Numbered from the stretch's first letter, positions 1 to 11,061 are shown. The stretch is DNA of 64,000 bases from Candidatus Latescibacterota bacterium (GCA_965223905.1 CBDCXV010000011.1:1888001-1952000); one strand, 5' to 3'. The notes: generated from the letters alone by a model not told the origin. Made by a program: numbers and translations.

Positions 1-559
1 TGAAGACCTCGGCGCCGCCTCCCGGTATCGACTCCAGCCCGGCCTCCTTCAGGTCGGCGAGCACCTCTTCGAGGGGGCGCCTGGCGATGCGCTGGATCTG
101 GGCCAGCTCGATCATCGTGAAGGCCTTGAGGTGCGCCTGGGGCCTCGCCTCCTTCATCGCCCGCAGCAAATCGAGGTAGTACTCGTAGGGCAGCCTGGGA
201 TTGACCCCGCCGACCATGTGGATCTCGGTGATCGGGGCATCGGCGTACTCCCGCACCCGCGCCGCGGCCTGCTGCGGCTGCAGGACGTAGCCGCGCTCGT
301 CCTTCGGGGTGACGTAGAAGGAGCAGAACTTGCACAGCTTGTTGCAGATGTTGGTGTAATTGACGTGCTGGTTGCGAACGTAGTAGGTCGCGTCTCCGTG
401 CAGGCGCTCGCGCACGATGTTGGCGAGCCAGGCGAGGACGGGAAGGTCGTCGCAGGCGTACAGGGTCACGCCGTCGTCGAAGGTCAGGCGCTCACCCCCG
501 GCGACCTTGCGGTGGATTCCGGCCAGTCCGGCGGTCGCGACTGCTGCCTCGAAGCTCAA
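1..559 (-). CDS. mqnE: Aminofutalosine synthase MqnE (radical SAM), C-terminal part beyond window edge
   Basis: Not in ORF track. Manual translation from TTG at 559: ...ANIVRERLHGDATYYVRNQHVNYTNICNKLCKFCSFY...EIHMVGG..LKAFTMIE..IPGGGAEVF. Contains CxxxCxxC and CofH/MqnE-type motifs, and lies next to menG. Confidence 0.85.
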   Translation of the reverse strand, partial: MSFEAAVATAGLAGIHRKVAGGERLTFDDGVTLYACDDLPVLAWLANIVRERLHGDATYYVRNQHVNYTNICNKLCKFCSFYVTPKDERGYVLQPQQAAARVREYADAPITEIHMVGGVNPRLPYEYYLDLLRAMKEARPQAHLKAFTMIELAQIQRIARRPLEEVLADLKEAGLESIPGGGAEVF

Positions 560-685
560 AATCGGTCTGTCTGTGGGGAGTGAGGGCGGGGAGAGCTTCC
601 GCCGCGGTTCGAAGTGGTGTCGGCAGCGGATCGCCTGGCGGCGTCCGCAACCATCGCAAAAGTATATCCCCGGGGAGGGGGTGGG

Positions 686-1435
686 TCAATCGGATTTGCG
701 GCCCTGGTAAACGGCGCAGATACCCAGGGTCAGGGCGGTCGCCTTCGTGTCGGTGAACCCGGCCGCTTCCATCTCTTCGAGGAACCCCTTCCCCTGCGGA
801 AAGCTGCCGACCGAGCGCGGCAGGTAGGAGTAGGCCTCCCTGTTGCCGGAGATCAGCCCGCCGACGAGCGGCAGCACCCGGTGGAAGTAGAAGCCGTAGA
901 GCTGGCGAAATCCCGGCAGGGTCGGTTCGGTGAACTCGAGCACGATCACCTCGCCTCCGGGCCGCAGAACGCGCTCCGCCTCGGCGAGGCCGGCGCCGAG
1001 GCTGCCGAAGTTGCGCGCCCCGAAGGCGACGGTGACAAGGTCGAAGCAGCGGTCGCGGAAGGGCAGCATCTCCGCGTCCCCCGCCATCAGGACGGGGCCC
1101 GCGGCGCCAGCCCCACCGAGCTTCGTTCGGGCGATGCGGACCATGTCGATGGCTACGTCCACCCCGACGACGCGCCCCGGAGCGAGGCGCCCGGCGGCGC
1201 GCGCGAAATCCCCGGTGCCGGTGGCGAGGTCGAGGACGCGGGCGGGGCCGCGGCGTCGCACCGAGGCCAGTGCCCGGCGGCGCCAGTACAGGTCGACGCC
1301 ACCGCTCAGCAGGTGGTTGAGCAGATCGTAGCGCCCGGCAATGGCGTTGAACATCTGCTGAATTCGCCGCTTGCGAGCCCGTACCAATTCCGTATCGTCA
1401 GCCACGACCGCCCCGTTGAACGTGTTGAACCTCAT
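686..1435 (-). CDS. ubiE: Demethylmenaquinone methyltransferase UbiE/MenG
   Basis: MFNAIAGRYDLLNHLLSGG, VLDLATGTGD SAM motif, VAFGARN, RVLRPGG, AYSYLPRSV. Confidence 0.93.
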   Translation of the reverse strand: MRFNTFNGAVVADDTELVRARKRRIQQMFNAIAGRYDLLNHLLSGGVDLYWRRRALASVRRRGPARVLDLATGTGDFARAAGRLAPGRVVGVDVAIDMVRIARTKLGGAGAAGPVLMAGDAEMLPFRDRCFDLVTVAFGARNFGSLGAGLAEAERVLRPGGEVIVLEFTEPTLPGFRQLYGFYFHRVLPLVGGLISGNREAYSYLPRSVGSFPQGKGFLEEMEAAGFTDTKATALTLGICAVYQGRKSD

Positions 1436-1477
1436 AGAGCCGCGCGGCAACCCTATCCCGCGGCTAAAGGCCTGTCA

Positions 1478-2266
1478 ATGAACCAAAGCAGTGGGCAAGA
1501 GCCCGGCGAGGGACGCAGCGAGCGGGAGATCCTGCTCGGCGACCGGATGGCGGCCCTCGGCCGGCTCGCCGCCTCGGTCGCCCACGAGGTCCGCAACCCC
1601 CTCGGCGCCATCGACATCCAGCTGCAGCTGCTGCAGGAGGAGCTGCGGGCCGGAGGCGGCACCGCCGAACGCGCCGGCGAGCGCCTCGACACGGCGCGTG
1701 CCGAGCTGCGGCGGCTCGACAGGATCGTGCAGAACTTCCTGCGCTTCTCGCGCCCGCCGGCGCTGCTCCTCGCCCGGGTATCGCTCGCCGAGTTGCTGGC
1801 GCGGCTCCGCGAGCTGATCGAGCCGGAAGCGCGCGAGCGCGGAATCGCCCTGGGGCTGCGCCTCGACGAGAGGGGGGAGGACGCGGTCATAGACGCCGAC
1901 GAGAACCTGCTGAGCCAGGCGTTCCTCAACCTCCTGATCAACGCCCTGCAGGCCTGCGACGGCACCGACGGGGAGCGCCGCGGCAGCCCCGCGGGGGTCG
2001 AGATCGGCCTGCGCGTCCCCGACGACCGCAACGCCCTGGTGACCATCGGCGACCGCGGTTGCGGCATACCGCGAGGGGATCTGGAGAGGATCTTCGAGTA
2101 CTACTATACTACGAAGGACACGGGCACCGGACTGGGGCTCTCCATCGCCCAACGGATCGTCGACCAGCACCAGGGCAGCCTCGAAGTGGAGAGCGAGGAG
2201 GGAGCGGGAACCACGGTGTCCGTACGACTTCCCCTCGCGGTTCCAGCGGAAAAACCACTCGGATGA
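1478..2266 (+). CDS. NtrB-like histidine kinase (HisKA+HATPase only, no sensor domain)
   Basis: LGRLAASVAHEVRNPL H-box, NLLINA N-box, DRGCGI G1, FEYYYTTK..GTGLGL G2. ATG at 1478 (the longer ORF overlaps ubiE on the opposite strand). Confidence 0.9.
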   Translation: MNQSSGQEPGEGRSEREILLGDRMAALGRLAASVAHEVRNPLGAIDIQLQLLQEELRAGGGTAERAGERLDTARAELRRLDRIVQNFLRFSRPPALLLARVSLAELLARLRELIEPEARERGIALGLRLDERGEDAVIDADENLLSQAFLNLLINALQACDGTDGERRGSPAGVEIGLRVPDDRNALVTIGDRGCGIPRGDLERIFEYYYTTKDTGTGLGLSIAQRIVDQHQGSLEVESEEGAGTTVSVRLPLAVPAEKPLG

Positions 2267-3654
2267 AAGACCACGGCAGCTCGCGGGCGCGCCTCCTCAT
2301 CGCCGATGACGAGGTCTTCATCCGCGAGGGGCTGCAGGACGCCCTGCGGGAGCCGGGCCTCGACCTCCAGACCGCCGCGGACGGCCGCGAGGTGCGCCGC
2401 CGGCTGCGCAAGGGGGCCTTCGACGTCATCCTCCTCGACCTGCGCATGCCGGGGGTCTCCGGCATGGACCTGCTCGAGGAAATCCGCGAGCGACACCCGG
2501 AATCGAACGTCGTCATCCTCACCGCGCACGGCAGCGTCAACACCGCGGTCGAGGCGATGAAGAAGGGGGCCTTCGATTTCGTCACCAAGCCGGTCGACCT
2601 CACCCACGTCCGCCTCATCGTCAACCGCGCCCTCGACCGCGTCCGGCTCGTGCGCGAGAACCGCGAGCTGCACGACCGCCTCGGGCGCGGCGACAGCGAC
2701 GACCCCTTCCGGCGCATCGTGCGCCGCAGCGCCTCCATGCAGCAGGCGACGCGCACCGTCAAGCAGGTGGCCATGTCCGACGTCCCGGTGCTGCTCCGGG
2801 GTGAGACCGGGGCGGGCAAGGAGCTGATCGCGCGCACGATCCACGAGCGCAGCCGCCGGCGCGAGGGGCCGTTCGTTGCCGTCAACTGCGGCGGCTTCAC
2901 CCAGGACCTGTTCGGCAGCGAGCTGTTCGGGCACAAACGCGGGGCCTTCACGGGGGCCCACGTCGACCGGCCGGGCCGCTTCGCCGTGGCCGAGAAGGGC
3001 ACCCTGTTCCTCGACGAAGTCGGCGAGATCCCGCTGAAGAACCAGGTCGAGCTGCTGCGCGCCCTCGAGAACCGCGAGTTCCAGCCGCTCGGCGACACCA
3101 AGGTCCACAAGGCGGACGTGCGCGTCATCGCCGCCACCAACCGCCACCTCGAAACCGCGGTCAGCGAGGGCGAATTCCGCGAGGATCTCTTCTACCGCCT
3201 CAACGTCGTGCCGATCGACGTCCCCCCTCTCAGGGAGCGGCGCGAGGACATCCCGCTGCTCGTCGAGACCTTCTTCGACGAGGTCTGCCGGGCCTACGAT
3301 CAGCCCCGCAAGAAAGCCGGCAAGGAGGCTGTCGATCTCTTCGTCTCCTACCACTGGCCGGGAAACGTGCGCGAGCTGCGCAACGTCATACAGCGGCTGG
3401 TGATAACCTGCCCCGAGACCATTATCGAGCCGCAGCACCTGCGCGAGGCACTGGGCGAGGCCGCGGTCGACCAGCCAGGCCCCGGAATGGGGGAATTCAC
3501 CATCTCCCTCGGCTCCTCCATCGAGGACGTCGAAGCGGAGCTGATCCGGCAGACGCTGCAGCGGGTAACCTCCAACCGCCGCGAGGCCGCGGCGGTGCTG
3601 GGAATCAGCGTGCGCTCCCTGCAGTACAAACTCAAGCAGTACAAGCTGACCTGA
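2263..3654 (+). CDS. Sigma54-dependent response regulator (NtrC/AtoC family; REC-AAA-HTH)
   Basis: LIADDE/LLDLRMP receiver, GETGAGKE Walker A, GAFTGA, LFLDEVGE, WPGNVREL, C-terminal Fis HTH. ATGA overlap with the kinase stop. Confidence 0.95.
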   Translation: MKDHGSSRARLLIADDEVFIREGLQDALREPGLDLQTAADGREVRRRLRKGAFDVILLDLRMPGVSGMDLLEEIRERHPESNVVILTAHGSVNTAVEAMKKGAFDFVTKPVDLTHVRLIVNRALDRVRLVRENRELHDRLGRGDSDDPFRRIVRRSASMQQATRTVKQVAMSDVPVLLRGETGAGKELIARTIHERSRRREGPFVAVNCGGFTQDLFGSELFGHKRGAFTGAHVDRPGRFAVAEKGTLFLDEVGEIPLKNQVELLRALENREFQPLGDTKVHKADVRVIAATNRHLETAVSEGEFREDLFYRLNVVPIDVPPLRERREDIPLLVETFFDEVCRAYDQPRKKAGKEAVDLFVSYHWPGNVRELRNVIQRLVITCPETIIEPQHLREALGEAAVDQPGPGMGEFTISLGSSIEDVEAELIRQTLQRVTSNRREAAAVLGISVRSLQYKLKQYKLT

Positions 3655-3790
3655 TCCTCCGCCTGAATGCAATTCTTGCACCAAACTCACCCTGCCGGGT
3701 GCGCCAACGCAGAGACAGGGTCGAGGGCACCTTCCGGTAATTCGCGTAACACAAGGAAAAACAGCAAGTAAACAGTACTTTTTTCCCCCG

Positions 3791-3806
3791 TGGCACCGAG
3801 TTTGCA
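3791..3806 (+). promoter_or_regulatory. Sigma54 (-24/-12) promoter upstream of PTS-IIA/sigma70 genes
   Basis: TGGCACCGAGTTTGCA matches TGGCAC-N5-TTGCA with exact GG-N10-GC spacing. An AT-rich tract lies upstream, and the palindrome TGCAATTCTTGCA is at 3668-3680. Confidence 0.75.
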
Positions 3807-4099
3807 GCGTCCTTTCCCGGCCGGGAGATCATGCGGGCCGCTGCCGAACCAGGATCCGGAAACGACGGGCGGTCGGCCCGCCAGGCCATTGAATCCCACC
3901 GCGCCGGTTCGTTCAGCGACCAGCCCGCGGCAGCAGACCCGGAATATTCCCGATACTGCGCAAATAATGCAGCCCTTCATCGCCTGCGGCCTGATCTCCG
4001 CAGAGCCATAATAAACAACCGGTTACGATGATTTTCCGCGACGCCCTGGACAGCGACGCAGATTTTGCAGCAGACAGCCCTTCGGGGACCGTCACCGCC

Positions 4100-4639
4100 A
4101 TGCCCGGACTGCTCCAAAAGACCATGATGGTCCCCCACCTCCGCTCCGACTCCAAGATCGGCGCCATCAAACAGCTCGTCGACCGACTCTACCGCGGCGG
4201 GCTGCTCAACGACAGCCTCAGCTTCCTGCAGGCGCTTCTCGAACGGGAGAACCTCGGCAGCACGGTGATCGGAGGCACCATCGCCCTGCCCCATGCCCGC
4301 GCCCGCAGCGTCACCGGCCTGGGGATGGCGCTGGGTGTGTGCGAGGAGCCGATCTACTATCCGAGCGGCGACGACCTCTGCGCGGTGCGGGCGGTCTGCG
4401 TGATCGCCGTGCCGATGGACTCCCCAAGCCAGTATCTCGGCCTGCTCTCCCACCTCGCCGGGGCTTTCGGCGACGGCGACTTCGTGCACCGCCTTCTCGC
4501 AGCCCCCTCGGCGCAGGGGATGAGCGAGTTGATGTCGGCCCGGTTGCGCGTTGCCGGAGAGAGGACGGCGGCCAACGTCGGAGAACGCCTCCCCGCAGGT
4601 GCCGCCCTGGCGGGGGCGAACCCGGGAGCCGGCGAATAG
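4100..4639 (+). CDS. PTS IIA (fructose/mannitol/PtsN-like) domain protein
   Basis: LLERENLGSTVIGGTIALPHAR phospho-His motif. Alternative start at 4028. Confidence 0.85.
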   Translation: MPGLLQKTMMVPHLRSDSKIGAIKQLVDRLYRGGLLNDSLSFLQALLERENLGSTVIGGTIALPHARARSVTGLGMALGVCEEPIYYPSGDDLCAVRAVCVIAVPMDSPSQYLGLLSHLAGAFGDGDFVHRLLAAPSAQGMSELMSARLRVAGERTAANVGERLPAGAALAGANPGAGE

Positions 4640-5491
4640 ATGGCCTACTCGGAAGGATTCAGGGAAGAGGAGGGCTCGCTGCGCCTCTATTTCGAGGACC
4701 TCAGCGATTCGACCCCGCTGACGCGGGAACGGGAGGTCGAGCTCTCGGAGCGGATAAAGGCGGGCGACCTCCAGGCCCGGAACGAGCTGGTCCAGGCGAA
4801 TCTCCGCTTCGTCATCGACGTCGCCAAGCAGTATCAGAACCGCGGCCTCGGGTTGTCCGACCTGATCAGCGCCGGCAACCTCGGCCTGATGAAGGCCGCG
4901 GAGCGTTTCGACGGCGAGCGCGGCTTCAAGTTCATCTCCTACGCCGTCTGGTGGATCAGGCAGTCGATCCTGCAGACGATCGCCGACCACGGCCGCACCG
5001 TGCGCCTGCCGCTCAACAAGCTCGCACTGCTCAAGAACATCGGTAAAGCGTCCATGCGGCTCGGCGAGGGCCGCGATTCCGAGCCGCACATCGAGGAGAT
5101 CGCCCAAGAGCTCGAGCTGCCGGAGGAAGAGGTGCTCGACGCGATCATGAGCGCCCGCAGCGTGCGCTCGCTGGACGAGAGCTTCGAAGAGGACGGGGAG
5201 CGCGGCCTCCTGAGCGTCCTCGTCGACGAGAACCAGGTCTCCCCTGACTCCGACCTGATGGAGGACTCGTCGCGCAGCCGGATAGAGGAGATCCTCGCCA
5301 GCCTCGACGAGCGCGAGCTGCTCATCATCCGGCTCTACTACGGGTTCGGGGGAAACGAAAGGATGAGCCTGGAGAAGATCGGCGGGCGCTTGAACCTGAC
5401 CAGGGAGCGGGTCCGGCAGCTCAAGGAACGCGCCCTGAACAAGCTGCGGCATCCCAGCCGCTGCAACGCGTTGATGGCGGTCTGCGACTGA
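4640..5491 (+). CDS. RpoD/RpoS-family sigma70 factor (group 2, no region 1.1)
   Basis: LVQANLRFVIDVAKQY, DLISAGNLGLMKAAERFD, KFISYAVWWIRQSI, region 4 LTRERVRQLKERALNKLR. Confidence 0.93.
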   Translation: MAYSEGFREEEGSLRLYFEDLSDSTPLTREREVELSERIKAGDLQARNELVQANLRFVIDVAKQYQNRGLGLSDLISAGNLGLMKAAERFDGERGFKFISYAVWWIRQSILQTIADHGRTVRLPLNKLALLKNIGKASMRLGEGRDSEPHIEEIAQELELPEEEVLDAIMSARSVRSLDESFEEDGERGLLSVLVDENQVSPDSDLMEDSSRSRIEEILASLDERELLIIRLYYGFGGNERMSLEKIGGRLNLTRERVRQLKERALNKLRHPSRCNALMAVCD

Positions 5492-5532
5492 TCGCCGACT
5501 CCCGGCATAGCGCCCCGGGTCGCCGCGGCGAC

Positions 5533-5568
5533 AACGAGCCGGAATCCCGGATCCCGGCTCGTTTTTTT
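5533..5568 (+). terminator. Intrinsic terminator after sigma factor gene
   Basis: AACGAGCCGG...CCGGCTCGTT stem followed by a T run. Confidence 0.7.
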
Positions 5569-5597
5569 GGTCCCGGGGGCAGACCCCGGCAGGTGAC

Positions 5598-6167
5598 ATG
5601 AACGGAACAACCCGGAACATCTGTGTGTACTGCGGCTCGAAGTTCGGCCGCGGAGAGGAGTACCGCCGCGAAGCCGTGGAGATGGGCAGCGCCATCGCCC
5701 GCCTGGGGATGGGGCTGGTGTACGGCGGAGGAGACGTCGGGCTGATGGGGGTCGTCGCCGGGGCCGCTCTCGCCGCCGGGGGCCGCGTCGTCGGGGTGAT
5801 CCCCCGCGCCCTGCAGGAGCAGGAGCTCGCCCACGGAAAGCTGCACGAGTTGATCGTCGCCGGGGACATGCACGAGCGCAAGGCGCAGATGGCAACCCGC
5901 GCCGACGCCTTCGCGGCGTTGCCGGGCGCCTACGGCACACTGGAGGAGCTGTTCGAGGTCCTCGCCTGGTCGCAGCTCGGTTTCCACGCCAAGCCGGTGG
6001 GCCTGCTCAACACGGGAGGCTACTTCGACCACCTGATCGCCTTCCTCGACGAGGCGGTCGAACGGCAGTTCCTCAGCCCCGGGAACCGGTCGCTGCTGCG
6101 CGTCGAGACCGACCCGGTTGCCCTCGTCCGGGGGCTCGCGGCGGATGTCGACGCCGGGACCGGGTGA
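5598..6167 (+). CDS. LOG-family phosphoribohydrolase (TIGR00730-like)
   Basis: ICVYCGS, LVYGGGDVGLMG, MHERK, PGAYGTLEE (PGGxGTxxE motif). Confidence 0.92.
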   Translation: MNGTTRNICVYCGSKFGRGEEYRREAVEMGSAIARLGMGLVYGGGDVGLMGVVAGAALAAGGRVVGVIPRALQEQELAHGKLHELIVAGDMHERKAQMATRADAFAALPGAYGTLEELFEVLAWSQLGFHAKPVGLLNTGGYFDHLIAFLDEAVERQFLSPGNRSLLRVETDPVALVRGLAADVDAGTG

Positions 6168-6206
6168 GGATTCCTGTTTAGGTTTTTCCCGGGGCGGGAG
6201 GCGGAG

Positions 6207-6965
6207 CTACATCCCCTTGAGGCGGTCGCGGATGGCCGCGGCGCGCTCGAAGTCCTCGCGCTCGACCGCCTCCTGCAGGGCGCGCTTGAGCTTCTCTTCC
6301 TTGCTGAGCGGCTTTTTCTCCCGCAGCTCCTCTTCGAGCTCGTCGAGCGCCTGCAGCGAGCGTTCCTTCTCGGCGAAAAACTCCTCCGCCTCGACCTCGG
6401 GCAGGTCGTCGATCTCTTCGCGGGCACGCCCGACCAGGGCGATGGCTTCGTCGTAGTCGCCGTTGCGGGAGGCGAGCATCGCCTTGGCGGTCGCGTGGAT
6501 GCGCAGGACGTAGGGCCACCACTTCTGGAGGTTCATGCGGTCGTCTTCGTGCGAGGCGTAGCGGTGCACGAAGCGGAACAGCTCCATGTTGCGCTTCGTG
6601 TCCTTGATGACGCGGCCGTAGTCCTTGAGCTGCAGCAGGAAGACGTAGCGGCCGTACACCCGGGCCCCCTCGTCGAACAGCTCCTGGCAGCTTTCGCGGC
6701 CGAGGTTGAAGCCGTCGTCGCGCCCGGAGTTGCGGCTCCGGTAGCTCTCCAGGGCGCCGCGGTAGTGGTCGAGGGCGAAGTCGGAGTCGTGCGGCCGCTT
6801 GCCGTCGGGACGCCCGTCGAGATTCAGCTGCAGGATGCCCTGGAAGGCGCCCTGGTCGACCCGCACCTGGATCTTCTGAATGCCGTCGTCCCCGACAATC
6901 TTGCGGACGTTCGAGTCTGGATCGTACCCCCAGTTCTCCAACAGCTTGAGCAGATCCTTGTCCAT
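6207..6965 (-). CDS. Conserved protein with C-terminal UvrB/UvrC (UVR) motif
   Basis: C-terminal LQEAVEREDFERAAAIRDRL, and N-terminal IQVRVD..GILQLNLDGRPDGKRPH. ATG at 6965. Confidence 0.75.
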   Translation of the reverse strand: MDKDLLKLLENWGYDPDSNVRKIVGDDGIQKIQVRVDQGAFQGILQLNLDGRPDGKRPHDSDFALDHYRGALESYRSRNSGRDDGFNLGRESCQELFDEGARVYGRYVFLLQLKDYGRVIKDTKRNMELFRFVHRYASHEDDRMNLQKWWPYVLRIHATAKAMLASRNGDYDEAIALVGRAREEIDDLPEVEAEEFFAEKERSLQALDELEEELREKKPLSKEEKLKRALQEAVEREDFERAAAIRDRLKGM

Positions 6966-7095
6966 GGCATCACCTGCGAAATAGCAGCAGTCCTGGTCCG
7001 GCAACTGCCGTACGATATCCCGGCGCCCGGCAAAAGTCAACCGACGCCCGGGGCGGCTCCTTGACCTCCTCCGGATGCGTCCGTACCCTGGGATA

Positions 7096-7138
7096 TTACA
7101 TTTTTGTATCTTATTTTTTCGAATCGACGATTTTGTCG
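7096..7138. promoter_or_regulatory. Paired ACA-N4-TGT-like palindromes upstream of NifA-like activator (possible autoregulation)
   Basis: TTACATTTTTGTAT (7096-7109) and CGACGATTTTGTCG (7125-7138), starts 29 bp apart. The same motif pair occurs upstream of amtB and the ABC operon. Confidence 0.55.
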
Positions 7139-7183
7139 TCTCGTCAAAATCGCACCATCACCTCTACCAAAAGGTGGCCTGTC

Positions 7184-8725
<1,542 letters not shown>

Positions 8726-8853
8726 CTGACCCCCTGCCGGTACCGTGGAACCCGGTCGCCAGGGCATCCTGGACTGCATCTTCGATGCGGCAGGTGTTTG
8801 CCGGGAGGACCGGCGGTGCGGAGGCCGTAACATAGGGCGACCTTCGATATTTT

Positions 8854-8897
8854 CTACATTTATGTCGTGTAAAAATCCGATAACGACATGATTGTTT
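8854..8897. promoter_or_regulatory. Paired upstream activator sites (ACA-N4-TGT) for the amtB promoter
   Basis: CTACATTTATGTCG (8854-8867) and CGACATGATTGTTT (8884-8897), 30 bp apart and ~107-137 bp upstream of a sigma54 promoter. Confidence 0.65.
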
Positions 8898-8990
8898 CTT
8901 GATTCACACGACGTCCCCGCAGGGGTCCATCGAAGACAACCTGTTGTAAACACGCGACTTGCGCGTCCGGACCGGGAAGTTTTTCGCGCC

Positions 8991-9006
8991 TGGCATTCGG
9001 TTTGCA
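8991..9006 (+). promoter_or_regulatory. Sigma54 promoter of amtB-glnK operon
   Basis: TGGCATTCGGTTTGCA (GG-N10-GC), 75 bp upstream of the amtB ATG, which has an AGGAG RBS. Confidence 0.85.
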
Positions 9007-9081
9007 TTCGGTAATGGCTGAAATCGGTTTCTCAATACCGATCGCACCACCCATTCCAAACCGCATCGAAAGGAGTCGGGA

Positions 9082-10488
9082 ATGCGGACCCTGCTCGTTC
9101 CCCTGGCCCTGGCCGCGGCGATGGCGCCGGCCGCTGCCGCTGCCGAAACCCCGGACATCGCCACTCAGCTCTCCGGACTCGCGTCCCAGATCGACTGGTA
9201 CTGGACCTGTGTAGCCGCCTTCCTCGTGTTCTTCATGCAGGCGGGATTCGCCCTCGTCGAGTCCGGGTTCACGCGCGCCAAGAACACCGTCAACATTCTG
9301 ATGAAGAACCTGATGGACTTCTCCGTCGGGGCCATCGCCTTCTGGGCCGTCGGTTTCGGGCTGATGTTCAGCGCCACCACCGGGCTCTTCGGCTGGGGGG
9401 AATTCTTTCCCAACCCGGACGTCAACGCCTTCGGTGAAGATCCGAACTGGATGTACTCCTTTCTGATCTTCCAGACCGTGTTCGCGGCGACCGCGGCGAC
9501 CATCGTTTCGGGCGCCATGGCGGAGCGCACCCGGTTCTCCTCCTATCTCATCTACAGCGTCGCCATCACCGGGATCATCTACCCGATCACCGGTTCCTGG
9601 GCCTGGGGCGGACTCTGGCACGGCGGCGGCTGGCTCGAGGGGCTTGGGTTCGTCGACTTCGCCGGCTCCACCGTCGTCCACAGCGTCGGCGGCTGGGCCG
9701 CCCTGGCCGGGGCCATCGTTCTCGGAGCGCGCAAGGGCAAGTTCAACCCCGACGGCAGCGCCAACGCCATCGTCGGCCACAGCATGCCTCTGGCCGCCAT
9801 GGGGGTGTTCATCCTCTGGCTCGGCTGGTTCGGCTTCAACGCCGGCTCGACCACCTCGATGGACGGCGGCAACTTCGCCCGCGTCGCCTTCGTCACCAAT
9901 CTCGCCGCGGCCGGCGGGGCCCTCGGCGCCATGATCACCAGCTGGATCCGCTTCGGCAAGCCCGACGTGTCGATGGCCCTCAACGGCGCCCTGGCCGGTC
10001 TCGTCGGCATCACCGCCGGCTGCTACACGATGACCCCGATCGGGGGGCTGCTGACCGGTTTCCTCGCGGGAATCCTCGTGGTCTTCTCCGTCCTCTTTTT
10101 CGACAGGATCAAGGTCGACGATCCGGTGGGCGCCATCTCCGTGCACGGGGTATGCGGCGCCTGGGGCACCTTCGCCTGCGCCATTCCCCTCCTCTGCCGG
10201 CCCGGCGAGGCCGCCAGCGTCGCCACCCAGCTGACCGGTATCGGCGCCATCTTCCTCTTCACCTTCGCCGCCTCCCTCGCCCTGTTCTCGACGATCAAGG
10301 CGACCGTCGGCCTCAGGGTCTCTCCAGAGGACGAGGAGGAGGGCCTCGACCTCGTCGAGCACGGCATGAGCGCCTACCACGATCAGTCGCTCGACTCCCT
10401 GATAAAGGCGGCCGGAGCCGCCGAGGGCGGCAGGATCGTCATCGAGCCGGCACCGCGGGGTTCCGGCGTCAACCCAGAAACCACCTGA
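9082..10488 (+). CDS. amtB: Ammonium transporter AmtB
   Basis: FFMQAGFALVESG, DFAGSTVVH, LWLGWFGFNAGS, DDPVGAISVHG (twin His), and a signal peptide. Confidence 0.97.
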   Translation: MRTLLVPLALAAAMAPAAAAAETPDIATQLSGLASQIDWYWTCVAAFLVFFMQAGFALVESGFTRAKNTVNILMKNLMDFSVGAIAFWAVGFGLMFSATTGLFGWGEFFPNPDVNAFGEDPNWMYSFLIFQTVFAATAATIVSGAMAERTRFSSYLIYSVAITGIIYPITGSWAWGGLWHGGGWLEGLGFVDFAGSTVVHSVGGWAALAGAIVLGARKGKFNPDGSANAIVGHSMPLAAMGVFILWLGWFGFNAGSTTSMDGGNFARVAFVTNLAAAGGALGAMITSWIRFGKPDVSMALNGALAGLVGITAGCYTMTPIGGLLTGFLAGILVVFSVLFFDRIKVDDPVGAISVHGVCGAWGTFACAIPLLCRPGEAASVATQLTGIGAIFLFTFAASLALFSTIKATVGLRVSPEDEEEGLDLVEHGMSAYHDQSLDSLIKAAGAAEGGRIVIEPAPRGSGVNPETT

Positions 10489-10518
10489 AGGCCGCGGCGC
10501 CCGAAGGGAGGAGAGAGC

Positions 10519-10857
10519 ATGTACAAGATCGAAGCGTTCTTGCGTCCCAACGCCCTGGAGAAGGTCCAGGAGGGGCTCGCCGGAATCGGTATCGCGGGGA
10601 TGTCGGTGCTGGAGGTGCGGGGATTCGGCCGCCAGCGCGGCCACCGCGAGATCTACCGGGGAGCCGAGTACGCCGTCGACTTCGTCCCCAAGATCAAGAT
10701 CGAGATCGTGGTCAGGGAGAACGAGCGCGACCAGGCGGTGTCGAAGATCGCCGAGGCCGCCCAGACCGGAAACGTCGGCGACGGCAAGGTGTTCGTCGTG
10801 CCGGTCGACCAGGCCGTGCGCATCCGCACCGGGGAAACCGGGGACAGCGCCCTGTAG
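10519..10857 (+). CDS. glnK: P-II nitrogen regulatory protein GlnK/GlnB
   Basis: GFGRQRG..EIYRGAEY T-loop, PKIKIEIV, TGNVGDGKVFV, IRTGE. Lies directly after amtB. Confidence 0.96.
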   Translation: MYKIEAFLRPNALEKVQEGLAGIGIAGMSVLEVRGFGRQRGHREIYRGAEYAVDFVPKIKIEIVVRENERDQAVSKIAEAAQTGNVGDGKVFVVPVDQAVRIRTGETGDSAL

Positions 10858-10879
10858 GTCGCGACCAGGAGCCGGAGAC

Positions 10880-10960
10880 CGCCGCCGCCGCCCGCCAGAA
10901 ATCCACCTCCCGTGGGTACTCAAGGGTGCAGTACCAGGGTGGCGGCGGCGCTCTTTTTTT
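10880..10960 (+). terminator. Hairpin with large structured loop and T-tract after glnK
   Basis: CGCCGCCGCCGCCC pairs with GGGTGGCGGCGGCG around an inner GGTACT/AGTACC stem, followed by CTCTTTTTTT. Confidence 0.5.
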
Positions 10961-11061
10961 GAAGCTCCTGTCTATAAACGGATTTAAACCTTTTCATTAA
11001 GCACCAATCCCTTGAGCCCGGCACCCTGCACGGGGTGTCATACACCAACAGGAGGAGAAAG

